Shown: positions 19,377 through 29,885, counted from the first letter of the stretch. The stretch is 64,000 nucleotides of DNA from an uncultured Nitrospirota bacterium (GCA_964483105.1 CAYZZU010000012.1:10275-74274); one strand, 5' to 3'. Notes: generated from the letters alone by a model not told the origin. Made by a program: numbers and translations.

Positions 19377-20368
19377 TACGGAATTTTCCTCAACAGGGTA
19401 TTCCCAAGCAGAATTTCCACTCCGAGAAGGAGCATCCCCGGAACCAGGAAAAGGGGAAATCGTTCTGTGTATTCCCGGTATTCCCGGACCGGGATCCGGG
19501 TTTTTTCCAGACGGTCGATCCGGCGGTAGATCTCCTCCAGTCCCTTCGTGTCGGTGGCCCGGAAGTAGGCTCCTTTCGTGATCTTTGCGATCTTCTTCAG
19601 GGTTGTCTCATCCAGGTCTACGTTCTGATAGACCAGCCGTTCGCCGAAGAAGGACCGGACCAGGAAGGGAGCCGGACCACGGGTTCCCGCACCGATCGTG
19701 TAGACCCTGATACCGAATCGTCCGGCGATCTTCGCGGCGGTCTCCGGATCGATCGTCCCCGTATTGTTTCTTCCGTCGGTCAGAAGGATGACGACCCTGG
19801 ATTTTGCCTTCGAATTCTTGAGCCGTTTTACCGAAACGGCCAGGGCGGATCCGATCGCGGTTCCGTCCCCGGCCATTCCGATCTCGACGCGGTCCAGCAA
19901 TTGTGTCAGGATTCCGTAATCCAGGGTAAGGGGACACTGGGTGTAGGCGTTTCCGGCGAAGACCACCATGCCGATCCGATCATGCTCCCTCCGCCGGATA
20001 AACCGGGAGACCACCTTCTTGACCACGGTGAGACGGTCCACCCTCTTGCCGTTCAGGGTGAAGTCCAGGGCCCGCATGCTGCCGGAAGTGTCCAGGCAGA
20101 GGATGATATCGATCCCGTGGGTCGCCACCGGATGCGTGCCTTCCACCGTCTGTGGTCTTGCCAGGGCGAGTATCAACAGGGTCAGCGCGGTTCCACGAAG
20201 CAGTCGCAGGATCATTCGATACGGAGCCCCTTGGTTGCCCGTGACTTCTTGTAATGGCGCGAGGTCGGAGAACAGAAGGGCGGCCCGCTCTCTCTTCCCG
20301 GTTTGAAGCAGGACGAAAGGGAGGATACAGAGAAGCAGCAGCATCCAGGGGTCCTCAAACCGCCACAT
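19376..20368 (-). CDS. batA: vWA domain-containing protein BatA
   Basis: MIDAS motif DTSGSM, N- and C-terminal TM helices. Confidence 0.75.
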   Translation of the reverse strand: MWRFEDPWMLLLLCILPFVLLQTGKRERAALLFSDLAPLQEVTGNQGAPYRMILRLLRGTALTLLILALARPQTVEGTHPVATHGIDIILCLDTSGSMRALDFTLNGKRVDRLTVVKKVVSRFIRRREHDRIGMVVFAGNAYTQCPLTLDYGILTQLLDRVEIGMAGDGTAIGSALAVSVKRLKNSKAKSRVVILLTDGRNNTGTIDPETAAKIAGRFGIRVYTIGAGTRGPAPFLVRSFFGERLVYQNVDLDETTLKKIAKITKGAYFRATDTKGLEEIYRRIDRLEKTRIPVREYREYTERFPLFLVPGMLLLGVEILLGNTLLRKIP

Positions 20369-20951
20369 GATCTCCCTCCGGATCGTCGAGGCCCCTGTGC
20401 CGGGAAACGGACCGGATCAGTTCGTGGACCTCTTCGGTCATCTGTGTGGTTTCTTGCCGGGAGGGGCGTTTCCCGGCGAACTTGACCAGATCCATCCGGA
20501 GGCAGAGGGACCGGATCTCCGATTGGATTGTCTGCGGGAGCCGGAGTGTGGAGAGATCATGGATCATCTCCTCCGTGGTCCGTTCCAGGGCGCGGACGCG
20601 CAGCCGCCGTTCCAGATAACGCCTCATGATTCCGGATAGGAGTTCATGGTACTGTTTGACCCGCCCCCTTTCGATGAGTCCCATTTTTCCCAGACGGGTC
20701 AATCCCTCGAAGGCCTCTGCCTCAGGCGAGAGAAGAGGAAGATCCGCCGGTTTTCGCCGTTTTCCCCGCTGATTCAGAAAAGAACGGAGTGCAAACACAA
20801 GCATGACCAACAGCAGCAGCCCGAAGACGATCAGGATCGGCAGCCAGAAATTCGCGGCAGGTTGTTCCAGCGGTTTCAGCCCATGGATATCCTTCATGAT
20901 TGGACTACATCCTTTTCTCCCGCAGCCGGAAAAATCGAAGAATGGATTCAA
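20355..20951 (-). CDS. DUF4381-like membrane protein
   Basis: 198 aa with a single TM, located between the DUF58 and batA genes as in bat operons. Its start overlaps the DUF58 gene end, so the true start may be downstream. Confidence 0.45.
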   Translation of the reverse strand: MNPFFDFSGCGRKGCSPIMKDIHGLKPLEQPAANFWLPILIVFGLLLLVMLVFALRSFLNQRGKRRKPADLPLLSPEAEAFEGLTRLGKMGLIERGRVKQYHELLSGIMRRYLERRLRVRALERTTEEMIHDLSTLRLPQTIQSEIRSLCLRMDLVKFAGKRPSRQETTQMTEEVHELIRSVSRHRGLDDPEGDHVAV

Positions 20952-21780
20952 TATACGGCCGGTCGGTGCGGATCTCGATCCGGTCGATCCCCAGGGAGTG
21001 GAAAAGAGTCCGGATTCGATCTTCCCGTTTCCGGATCCAGACCTGATATCCGTTCCGGATTTTCGGATTATTCGTATGGACCAGGAGTGATTCCCCGGTC
21101 TCGGCGTCCCGGAGTTCGAGAAGACCGACCGGAGGAAGCTCCGCTTCTCCCGGGTCCGAGACCGTAATGGCGATCATGTCGTGCCGCCTGCCCGCGATCC
21201 GGAGCGCTCTTTCAAACCCTGCAGCCTGAAAATCGGAGATCAGAAAACAGATCGCCCGCCTGTGCAGAACCCGGTTGATATATTCGAGAGGGGGTGACAG
21301 ATCGGTTCTCTTTCCTTCCGGCCGAAAATTCAGGACCTCTTCGATGACGCGCCAGACGTGGCCCCGTCCCTTCTTCGGAGGGATATATTTCTCCACCTGG
21401 TCGGTAAAGAGGCAGAGTCCCACCTTGTCCTGATTTCTGATCGCGGAAAAGGAGAGCGTGGCCGCGATTTCGGCTGTCACCTCCTTTTTGCTCCGGCAGG
21501 TTCCGAAGAGTCCGGAAGCGGAGACATCGACCAGAAGCATGACCGTCAGTTCCCGTTCTTCCCGGAATCTTTTGATGAAGGGCCTTCCCAGCCGGGCTGT
21601 TACATTCCAGTCGATGGTACGGATGTCATCCCCCGGTTGATATTCCCGCACCTCGGTGAATTCCATTCCATGCCCTTTAAAGGCGGAAAGGTACTGGCCG
21701 GCCAGTACGTTATCCACAAGATGACTGGTTGTAATGTGAATCATCCGGATCTTCCGGATGATTTCCGGATTCAGGGACAT
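20905..21780 (-). CDS. DUF58 domain-containing protein
   Basis: Conserved EF...REY.PGDD..IDW motif of DUF58. It follows moxR. Confidence 0.75.
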   Translation of the reverse strand: MSLNPEIIRKIRMIHITTSHLVDNVLAGQYLSAFKGHGMEFTEVREYQPGDDIRTIDWNVTARLGRPFIKRFREERELTVMLLVDVSASGLFGTCRSKKEVTAEIAATLSFSAIRNQDKVGLCLFTDQVEKYIPPKKGRGHVWRVIEEVLNFRPEGKRTDLSPPLEYINRVLHRRAICFLISDFQAAGFERALRIAGRRHDMIAITVSDPGEAELPPVGLLELRDAETGESLLVHTNNPKIRNGYQVWIRKREDRIRTLFHSLGIDRIEIRTDRPYIESILRFFRLREKRM

Positions 21781-21831
21781 TGCTACCTCTCAACATGGAC
21801 ACGTTGGGATTCCATCAGGGAGTGCCGGTGG

Positions 21832-22818
<987 letters not shown>

Positions 22819-22923
22819 TCTGGACTCCTTTCTGCGTGTGGGAAACCGGGGATGTGAGAAACCACAAGAACGAAACCTGATGGGGGAATTATAGGAAGGA
22901 AAATCCGTTTGTCAAGAGGGACC

Positions 22924-23027
22924 GCGCCCCCAAATCCAGCGATAGAAATGTACGGCCCGGTCCGTTGTGGAGTTTAGTGCCTTTTCTCCACGCCCCCGAA
23001 GGGGGCGCGGCCCCCCTGTTGTGAGCC
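22924..23027. repeat. GC-rich palindromic intergenic repeat (MITE/REP-like), copy A
   Basis: About 85% identical to the reverse complement of 46531..46638. It contains an internal hairpin cgcccccgaagggggcg. Confidence 0.6.
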
Positions 23028-23554
23028 GAGCATCAAAGACAAGGGAGGGGAAAAGAGCGGGATCGTGTGGTTCGACTGAGCTCACCATGCTCGGAAATCC
23101 AAAGAGATAGACCGTCCAGGGGCGACCCTGCGAAGCATGTTCCGTGGTCCTTTTCGTAAACGGAGCGCCGCACCGGGAGGGATGCAGGGCTGTCTCGTCG
23201 AGGTGTGCGAGTGAGGCATACCCCCCTGCGGTATGTTCAGGGCAGGCCCTTCGAGAAGCGCAGGGGAGTTAGGCTTTGCCGGACCGAGTGACCGGGGTGT
23301 CGGATCATGGGTTAGTTTTCTTTGTACGAGCAAATAAAATGAACAAAAACAATGAGTTACAAAACTCCAGAAAAGGAAAAACTCCCGGAACCAAGGAGAA
23401 CATTTTCAATGTGTTAGATCTGGAAAGCCGCCATTTCTGAGGGGGGATTTTTGGGGCCGCGGGAGAAATTTCACGGGTGTTTCCCCGGCGCCCCTTCTAA
23501 TCCAGGGGGGCGCCGTGTTTGAGGTCTACGCACACGGCGTAGGTTCCGTCACTC

Positions 23555-23719
23555 TCTCAGGGGGTCTCCCCGTATCGTTCCTCGATCGGCACCTGGCGTC
23601 CTTCCCGTTTGCAGGCGGGACAGAAACCGTCCCCGCCCAGAAAGGCCGCCTTCAGCGCCTCGGCGTCCTCGGCGGAGGTCTTCCAGAGAATCGGCTTGTA
23701 CTTGATGACGCATCTCATT
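23555..23719 (-). CDS. small hypothetical protein (54 aa, CPAC motif)
   Basis: Hand-translated MRCVIKYKPILWKTSAEDAEALKAAFLGGDGFCPACKREGRQVPIEERYGETP. It is preceded by GGAAGGAGAGAATAA-ATG and lies below the ORF-track length cutoff. Confidence 0.3.
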
Positions 23720-23795
23720 TATTCTCTCCTTCCATATTTCCAAAACCAAACCTTTTTTATCCTGAATCACATCCCTCTGTCAAGAGAAAAAGAAG

Positions 23796-25214
23796 TTGAT
23801 TTACGGGCATTCCTGGGGGTACCATGCGGCATCCAGTCAGATCAGCTCAAGTGAGGATCTTGATTTCAGAGGACACGGCCCGGAATTGATGGAAAGACAC
23901 GTTCAACCCCGTGGGGCTCTTTATTGGGATGAGTCCTTTCTCTGGGGACTGATGGCGTTCAGTGCGCTCAGCTCCTCCGGGATCTCCTTTGATCCGGTGA
24001 CTGCCGGAGAGATCCGGCAGGGGGGACTGTCCGGTTATGATTTTCTCTTCGTCCCGGGAGGCTGGGCCGGGGACAAGAGCCGCTCCCTGGGTGAGGAGGG
24101 GAAGCGCCTTGTCCGGGAGTTCGTAGAGCGTGGAGGGAGGTATATCGGTTTCTGCGGTGGGGCCGGGCTTGCCCTGGATGTTCCGGAAGGCCTTTCCCTG
24201 CTTCCCGTGAAGCGGGTTCCCACCCGGGATCGAATACCGAACTTCAGCGGGAGGATCCGGGTGGTCCCCTCAGATCGGTCCCATCCGATCTGGCGCGGGC
24301 TTTCCGATCCACTCTCGTTTCATGCCTGGTGGCCCGGGCAGTTTGCCCTGGAGGATGCGGGGGGATACAGTGTAACAGCGCGATACGGCGCGCCGGAGCG
24401 GGATTTTTACGTGGCGGATCTCTTTGCGGAGGATGTGGATCTCTGTGGTCCGGGGTGGCCGGAGTGGGAGGCGTTTTACGGAATCCACATGAATCCCGGT
24501 AGACTGGAAGGGGAGCCCGCCATGGTGGAAGGGGCCTTTGGCCGGGGCAACGTCTTCCTTTCTTATCTTCACCTGGACACTCCGGACGATCCGGCGGGCC
24601 TGAAGGCACTTGGAAATCTCTTGGACCTGCCCCCGCGGCAGGAGCCGGCGGCAGGGGGAAAGTGCGTTCGCCCGGGACCCGAAGGGGATGTCGTGCCGAT
24701 CGGTCCGGAGGTTCTGAAGATCCTCGGGATGTTGAAAAAGGAAGCGGAAGACCTGGTCCGCTTCGGGGAGCGGAACTACCTCTGGTATTGGCGGAATTCC
24801 TACCTGCTCCAATGGCGGCGTGGTGTCCGCGGGATGGAGCCCTGCATCATCCTGGTCATGACGCGGGAACTTCACCACCGGATTCTGGCCCTGAGGCGGG
24901 ACGGACGGGGGCTTACGGTTCCCCGCTCCCTCGCTGCGGAAGAGATTCCGGAAACAGTGGAACAGATTCACGATCTTGCGGGGAGGTTCTTCCGCGACGC
25001 GAAAAGGCTTCTCCTGCGGGAGCGCCTGGCCATGAACCGGGGGGTACTCCATGCCCTCAGGAGCGATGATCCGGAAATCCGGGGTTTAAGGGAGAGGCTT
25101 TTTTCCGGTTCCAAACGTTTCGGAGGGATTTTCAAGGATCTGATCGACCGGATCGACCGCCTCCTGTTGATGGTGATCCGGTCCTCGGGTCCATGTCGGG
25201 CACGTCCCGGTTGA
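23796..25214 (+). CDS. class I glutamine amidotransferase-like / BPL_N domain protein
   Basis: FVPGGWA...YIGFCGGAGLAL resembles the BPL_N/GATase-like fold. TTG start at 23796, with an alternative ATG at 23889. Confidence 0.35.
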   Translation: MIYGHSWGYHAASSQISSSEDLDFRGHGPELMERHVQPRGALYWDESFLWGLMAFSALSSSGISFDPVTAGEIRQGGLSGYDFLFVPGGWAGDKSRSLGEEGKRLVREFVERGGRYIGFCGGAGLALDVPEGLSLLPVKRVPTRDRIPNFSGRIRVVPSDRSHPIWRGLSDPLSFHAWWPGQFALEDAGGYSVTARYGAPERDFYVADLFAEDVDLCGPGWPEWEAFYGIHMNPGRLEGEPAMVEGAFGRGNVFLSYLHLDTPDDPAGLKALGNLLDLPPRQEPAAGGKCVRPGPEGDVVPIGPEVLKILGMLKKEAEDLVRFGERNYLWYWRNSYLLQWRRGVRGMEPCIILVMTRELHHRILALRRDGRGLTVPRSLAAEEIPETVEQIHDLAGRFFRDAKRLLLRERLAMNRGVLHALRSDDPEIRGLRERLFSGSKRFGGIFKDLIDRIDRLLLMVIRSSGPCRARPG

Positions 25215-25254
25215 ATCATCAGCTGCTTTGTTATGAGAGCAGGGATCTGAGACC

Positions 25255-26622
25255 ATGAAAGAACCAAGACCGCGCATCTTAATCTCCGCTCCACACCGGA
25301 GCTCGGGGAAATCCACGATCAGCCTCGGTCTTTGCGCCGCCTTCCGGAAGCGGGGGATTTCCATTCAGCCTTTCAAAAAGGGGCCGGATTTCATAGATCC
25401 GATGTGGCTTTCGGCCGCCTCGGGTCGGGAGTGCCGGAACCTGGACTTTTTCATGATGGGGAGGGAGTCGATCCGAAAGACTTTTGCCTCCGTGAGTGGA
25501 GGGGCCGATCTTTCCGTGATTGAGGGGAACATGGGTTTTTTTGACGGCCTTGATCCGGCGGGATCCGACAGTACCGCCGCCCTCTCCAGATTTCTGGAAA
25601 CCCCGTCGATTCTTGTTGTCAACGCCCGCCGCATGACGCGGGGTGTGGCGCCGCTGATCCAGGGCCACTTGGCGTTTGAACCTGAAACTCCGGTTCGGGG
25701 TGTGATCCTGAATCGTGTTCGGGGACTGCGTCATGAGAAAAAACTCCGGGAGGCACTGGGCCGCTATTGTGACATCGAGGTGGTGGGAGCGATTCCGGAC
25801 AGAAAAACCGCCTTCATCCAGGAGAGGCACCTGGGCTTGACACCGGTCAAGGAAGATTCCGCCTTTCCCCCCGTGATCGAAGAGATATCCGCCCTCCTGG
25901 AAGAGCATGTGGATCTCGACCGGGTGCTGGAAATCGCTCGTCGGGCGCCGTCCCTTGAGAGAGAACCGGGACGGGAGGAAACGTTCCCCACCCCCGATGT
26001 CCGGATCGGTATCGCCATGGATTCCGCCTTCACCTTCTATTATCCCGAGAACCTGGCCGCCCTCAGGAGGGCCGGCGCGGAGCTGATTCCTCTGGATACC
26101 CTCCGGGATCCTCATCTTCCGGAGGTCAATGCCCTGTATATCGGCGGGGGATTCCCCGAAGTTTTGATGGAGAAACTCGAGAAGAACGTCTCGCTTCGGG
26201 GGGAGATCCGGGCCCGGATAGAGGAGGGGATGCCGGTGTACGCCGAATGTGGAGGATTAATGTACCTGGGGCGTACGATTACCTACCAGGATGAAACCCG
26301 CTCCATGGTCGGGGCGCTCCCCCTGGACGTGACCATGCATCTCCGGCCCATGGGACACGGCTACGTGATTCTGGAGTCCGCCGGTGGGACCGTCTGGAAC
26401 GAAGGCGGGGCGGAAATCCGGGCACACGAATTCCACCATTCCCGGGTGGTGAACCTGGGCCAGGTTGATTTCGCCTACCGGATGCTCCGGGGGGAGGGAG
26501 TGGACGGTAAACACGACGGGATTTTGTACCGGAATGTCCTTGCCTCCTATGCCCATCTCCATTGCGAAGCAGCGCCCGGCTGGGCGGATCGTTTGACCGC
26601 GCTGGCGCGGAGATACGGATAG
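25255..26622 (+). CDS. cbiA: cobyrinate a,c-diamide synthase (CbiA/CobB family)
   Basis: N-terminal P-loop SGKST, CobQ/CobB/MinD-type ATPase plus C-terminal GATase domain, 455 aa. Confidence 0.75.
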   Translation: MKEPRPRILISAPHRSSGKSTISLGLCAAFRKRGISIQPFKKGPDFIDPMWLSAASGRECRNLDFFMMGRESIRKTFASVSGGADLSVIEGNMGFFDGLDPAGSDSTAALSRFLETPSILVVNARRMTRGVAPLIQGHLAFEPETPVRGVILNRVRGLRHEKKLREALGRYCDIEVVGAIPDRKTAFIQERHLGLTPVKEDSAFPPVIEEISALLEEHVDLDRVLEIARRAPSLEREPGREETFPTPDVRIGIAMDSAFTFYYPENLAALRRAGAELIPLDTLRDPHLPEVNALYIGGGFPEVLMEKLEKNVSLRGEIRARIEEGMPVYAECGGLMYLGRTITYQDETRSMVGALPLDVTMHLRPMGHGYVILESAGGTVWNEGGAEIRAHEFHHSRVVNLGQVDFAYRMLRGEGVDGKHDGILYRNVLASYAHLHCEAAPGWADRLTALARRYG

Positions 26623-26698
26623 CGGAAATGGATGCTTCCTGAAGGTCCACGGGTTCTGAATAAAGGTGTTGTAACCATCTTGAGAAAGGAGGAAGAGG

Positions 26699-26884
26699 AT
26701 GCCGTACGTCAATATCAAGTTGATCGGGAAATTGACCCACGACCAGAAGGCCGATATCGTCCGAGAGTTTTCCGAGACACTGGAGCGCGTGGCCGGTAAA
26801 CCGAGTGAACACACCTATGTCGTGATTGAAGAGGTGGATCGGGAGAACTGGGGCAAGGGCGGGAAACTCTTTTCCGACATGTAA
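26699..26884 (+). CDS. 4-oxalocrotonate tautomerase family protein
   Basis: 61 aa beginning MPYVNIKL (catalytic Pro1), with a strong SD AAGGAGGAAGAGG. Confidence 0.7.
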   Translation: MPYVNIKLIGKLTHDQKADIVREFSETLERVAGKPSEHTYVVIEEVDRENWGKGGKLFSDM

Positions 26885-26922
26885 CAGGGGCAGGCGGACT
26901 TTTACGAAGCCATCCGGTTTTC

Positions 26923-28053
26923 TCAGGGACTTCCGAAAGGATCCTGCCGGATCATCCGGATGATTTTCCGTCCTGTCGCCGGGAAAGGATAGCGTTCCAG
27001 GGCCGCCGGAAAGACCCAGCGGTACCGCTTTTCCATCCTTGCCTCCCGTTCCCGGCCGGAAGAGGGACACTCGAAGAGATGGATCGTGATCTGGAAGTGG
27101 GTGTAGGCGTGGCGGATTGCGGCGATTTCCTTCCCGGTTCGGATCTCCAGGCCGAAGTCGTATTTGACACCGAGACGCAGTGTTTCGGTCAATCCCTTCT
27201 TTGTGTTGTTTCTGTAGTTCGGGAAATCCCAGAGCCCTCCCAACAGGCCTTCTTCGGGACGTCGTTGAATCAGGATTCGCCCCCGTCTCCGGATGATCCC
27301 CATGGCCAGATCGTAATGTGGAAGGGGACCCCTGACCGTCGGGCGGGGGATTGTGTCCTGCAGGCGGAGCCGTTCGGCTTTGCAGTTTCCCGAGAGGGGA
27401 CAGGCCGGGCAGTCGGGTACCCGGGGGGTGCAGACCATGGCGCCCAGGTCCATGACGGCCTGTGTATAGGTGTGACTTTCCCTTTCCGGAGTGAGAAGGG
27501 CCGAAAGGTTCCAGAGCCTTTTTCGTGCGGCCGTTCTGGTCAGGTCTCCACGAACGGCGAAGAGGCGGGCGATAACCCGCTTCACGTTTCCGTCCAGGAT
27601 CGGGGCGGGAAGGTGGAAGGCCAGCGTCCGGATCGCCCCGGCCGTGGATCTCCCGATTCCGGGAAGACTCGTAAGCTCCTGTTCGGTATCGGGGATCCTC
27701 CCGTCCCATTGCTGCATGATGACCTTCGCGCAGCGGTGGAGGTTGCGTGCGCGGGTGTAGTAACCGAGTCCCTCCCAGACCTTGAGTACCTGTTCCAAAG
27801 GGGCGTCCGCCAGGTCCCTGACTGTTGGGAATCTGCTCAGAAATCGCTGATAATAAGGCAGAACGGTCTCCACGCGGGTTTGCTGGAGCATGATTTCCGA
27901 GACCCAGATCCGGTAGGGATCCCGTGTTTTCCTCCAGGGAAGATCCCTTCCGTTTCTTTTGTACCATGCCGTGAGATTTCTTTGAAGTTTCCGGATCCGG
28001 GCACGGTCCGGTTTGGAGGAGAGGTCGGGCATTGAATGATGGGTGTCGATCAC
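26923..28053 (-). CDS. mutY: A/G-specific adenine DNA glycosylase MutY
   Basis: HhH-GPD domain, 4Fe-4S Cys cluster CxxxxxxCxxCxxxxxC and a C-terminal NUDIX-like domain. Confidence 0.8.
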   Translation of the reverse strand: MIDTHHSMPDLSSKPDRARIRKLQRNLTAWYKRNGRDLPWRKTRDPYRIWVSEIMLQQTRVETVLPYYQRFLSRFPTVRDLADAPLEQVLKVWEGLGYYTRARNLHRCAKVIMQQWDGRIPDTEQELTSLPGIGRSTAGAIRTLAFHLPAPILDGNVKRVIARLFAVRGDLTRTAARKRLWNLSALLTPERESHTYTQAVMDLGAMVCTPRVPDCPACPLSGNCKAERLRLQDTIPRPTVRGPLPHYDLAMGIIRRRGRILIQRRPEEGLLGGLWDFPNYRNNTKKGLTETLRLGVKYDFGLEIRTGKEIAAIRHAYTHFQITIHLFECPSSGREREARMEKRYRWVFPAALERYPFPATGRKIIRMIRQDPFGSP

Positions 28054-28059
28054 GACTTT

Positions 28060-28641
28060 TTACAAGTTCCTCAAGGTGATGTCTTTCCGGGAAAGGATAT
28101 AGCCGATCAGCCGGTCGACACGTTCGGCCAGGCTCTGCGGGTCCGGTGTTTCTCCTTTGTTGACATAAAGGGCCGGGGCGCATTGGGCCAGTTGTTTTTT
28201 CAGCGCTGGGTCGCACTTCCTTGCGGAAAAGAAGATGATCGGAGTTTTTCCGGGAAGGGCCCTTTTCTGTTCCAGGGCACGCAGGGTCATTGCGGCTTTG
28301 AGGCCGTCCATGACAGGCATCTGCAGGTCCAGGATGACGAGACTGACGGCCTGGCCGGAGGAGATCCGTTTGTTGAATTCCGTCAGAAAAGTCATTCCGT
28401 TTTCGAAGGAGAGGACCTCCCGGGCGAGTTCTCTTTCCTGAAGAAACCGGGTGATCAGGTTTCGGATCAGGCTCGAATCGTCAGCGGTCAGGATGCACTC
28501 CGCCGTCTTCTTTTTCTTCTCCTCCTTGATTTCCAGGACGAAACCGCAGTACAGGCATGTAATCTCCGTGTTTCCCTCACGGTAGATCGTATTGGTCGGA
28601 ACATTCTCACCGCAACAGAGACAATATTGTGTCTCGTCCAT
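28060..28641 (-). CDS. response regulator receiver protein with N-terminal zinc ribbon
   Basis: CLCCG...CLYCG zinc ribbon followed by a REC domain (ILTADD...LDLQMP...K). Confidence 0.6.
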   Translation of the reverse strand: MDETQYCLCCGENVPTNTIYREGNTEITCLYCGFVLEIKEEKKKKTAECILTADDSSLIRNLITRFLQERELAREVLSFENGMTFLTEFNKRISSGQAVSLVILDLQMPVMDGLKAAMTLRALEQKRALPGKTPIIFFSARKCDPALKKQLAQCAPALYVNKGETPDPQSLAERVDRLIGYILSRKDITLRNL

Positions 28642-28661
28642 TTCCCGTTTCTACCGGTGGT

Positions 28662-28922
28662 TCAATGAGATTGCAGGATACGGTCCAGTTCTCCGCGGTG
28701 CTCCAGGTTGTATAGTTCGTCGCAACCACCCACCGGGGATCCGCCGATCAGGATCTGGGGCACCGTGATTTTTCCGGTCAGACGGAACATTTCATCGGCG
28801 AGTTCCTGGTTTCCGGAGACGTCAACCTCTTCGTAGGCCACTCCCTTACGGTCCAGGAGTTGTTTCGCCCGGACGCAGTAGGGACACGTTGCGGTTGTAT
28901 AGATCTTCACGCGCACAGTCAT
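28662..28922 (-). CDS. grxC: glutaredoxin (GrxC-like)
   Basis: CPYC active site, 86 aa. Confidence 0.8.
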   Translation of the reverse strand: MTVRVKIYTTATCPYCVRAKQLLDRKGVAYEEVDVSGNQELADEMFRLTGKITVPQILIGGSPVGGCDELYNLEHRGELDRILQSH

Positions 28923-28961
28923 ATTGCGAAATTATAATACCCGGAGGTTCCCGGAGTCAAT

Positions 28962-29735
28962 TCAAATGTCCACTTGCATCAGATCCCGCGCGATCCGTAT
29001 GGTCCCGGAATAGGTCCGCCTGCATTGCCGGATCAGATCGGCTCCGTCACATTCCGGATAAAGATGGGTCAGGATCAGTGTCTTCGCCCGTCCCTCTTCC
29101 GCCGCCTTTCCCGCTTCGGAGGGGGTCATGTGTCCCCGGCGTTTCTTTTCGTCCGGGAATGAGCATTCGATGAGCGCGAGATCCGCGTTTTTCACCAGCT
29201 CAACCAGGCCGGCACAGAACTCGGTGTCTCCCGAGTAGGCGAGAACCGATCCCGCGGTGCCGGTGATGCGGAAGCCGATACTTTCCGGGGTGTGCAGAAC
29301 CGGGATCGAAGCGATTCTGAAATTCCCGTCCACGATTTCGTTGTGTGCCATTTCATGGATCTCAATGGGGAAATGGGAAGGCAGGATCCAGTCCCCATGG
29401 ACCTGTTGCAGATTTTTCAGGAGGTTGTGTATTCCTTTGCATCCGTAGAGCCGAAGAGGGGTATTCCGGGACGGGGTAATGTACTTCAGGGCAAAAAGCA
29501 GGGAAACCAGTTCAGCGATATGGTCCGGGTGAAGGTGCGTGATCAGGATCGGACCGATCTCTTCAGGGGAGATCCCGAGGGAGTGAAGTTTGGCCAGGGT
29601 TCCCATCCCCAGGTCCATGATCAGGTTCTGTCCTTCCGTCTGGAGGAGATAACCGGGGCCTCCACGGATCGAAGAGGGGAATCCGGTGCCTGAGCCGAGG
29701 ATCGTCAGTTTCACGGCCTTGTTTTTCTCCATCAT
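28962..29735 (-). CDS. MBL-fold metallo-hydrolase
   Basis: HLHPDH metal-binding motif, 257 aa. Confidence 0.65.
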   Translation of the reverse strand: MMEKNKAVKLTILGSGTGFPSSIRGGPGYLLQTEGQNLIMDLGMGTLAKLHSLGISPEEIGPILITHLHPDHIAELVSLLFALKYITPSRNTPLRLYGCKGIHNLLKNLQQVHGDWILPSHFPIEIHEMAHNEIVDGNFRIASIPVLHTPESIGFRITGTAGSVLAYSGDTEFCAGLVELVKNADLALIECSFPDEKKRRGHMTPSEAGKAAEEGRAKTLILTHLYPECDGADLIRQCRRTYSGTIRIARDLMQVDI

Positions 29736-29790
29736 CGATTTGAAAGAGTCATCTTCACCATAGAAGATCTTTCCCTGGATGTCAACGGCA

Positions 29791-29885
29791 CACCCAAATC
29801 CAGCTATAGAAATGTTCAGATCGTTTGGTTGATGTTCGCCTGCGTGACAGGGGGGATGCTCCCCCTGCGGGGGATTCGGGTTTGG
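29791..29885. repeat. GC-rich palindromic intergenic repeat, rearranged/short copy B
   Basis: Shares aaatccagctatagaaatgttcagatcgtt and tgcgtgacagggggg/gggggattcggg termini with copies A and C. Confidence 0.5.

Noticed and set aside
23060-23095. tRNA-like fragment gtggttcgactgagctcacca (T-loop-like TTCGACT followed by CCA)
   Set aside because: The T-stem halves are not complementary and no acceptor, D or anticodon arms can be built upstream. It is not a tRNA gene, and at most an att-site-like remnant.
25255-26622. Calling the a,c-diamide synthase homolog DsrN (siroheme amidase)
   Set aside because: No dsrAB/dsrD context is present in the window. The generic CbiA/CobB-family call is retained.
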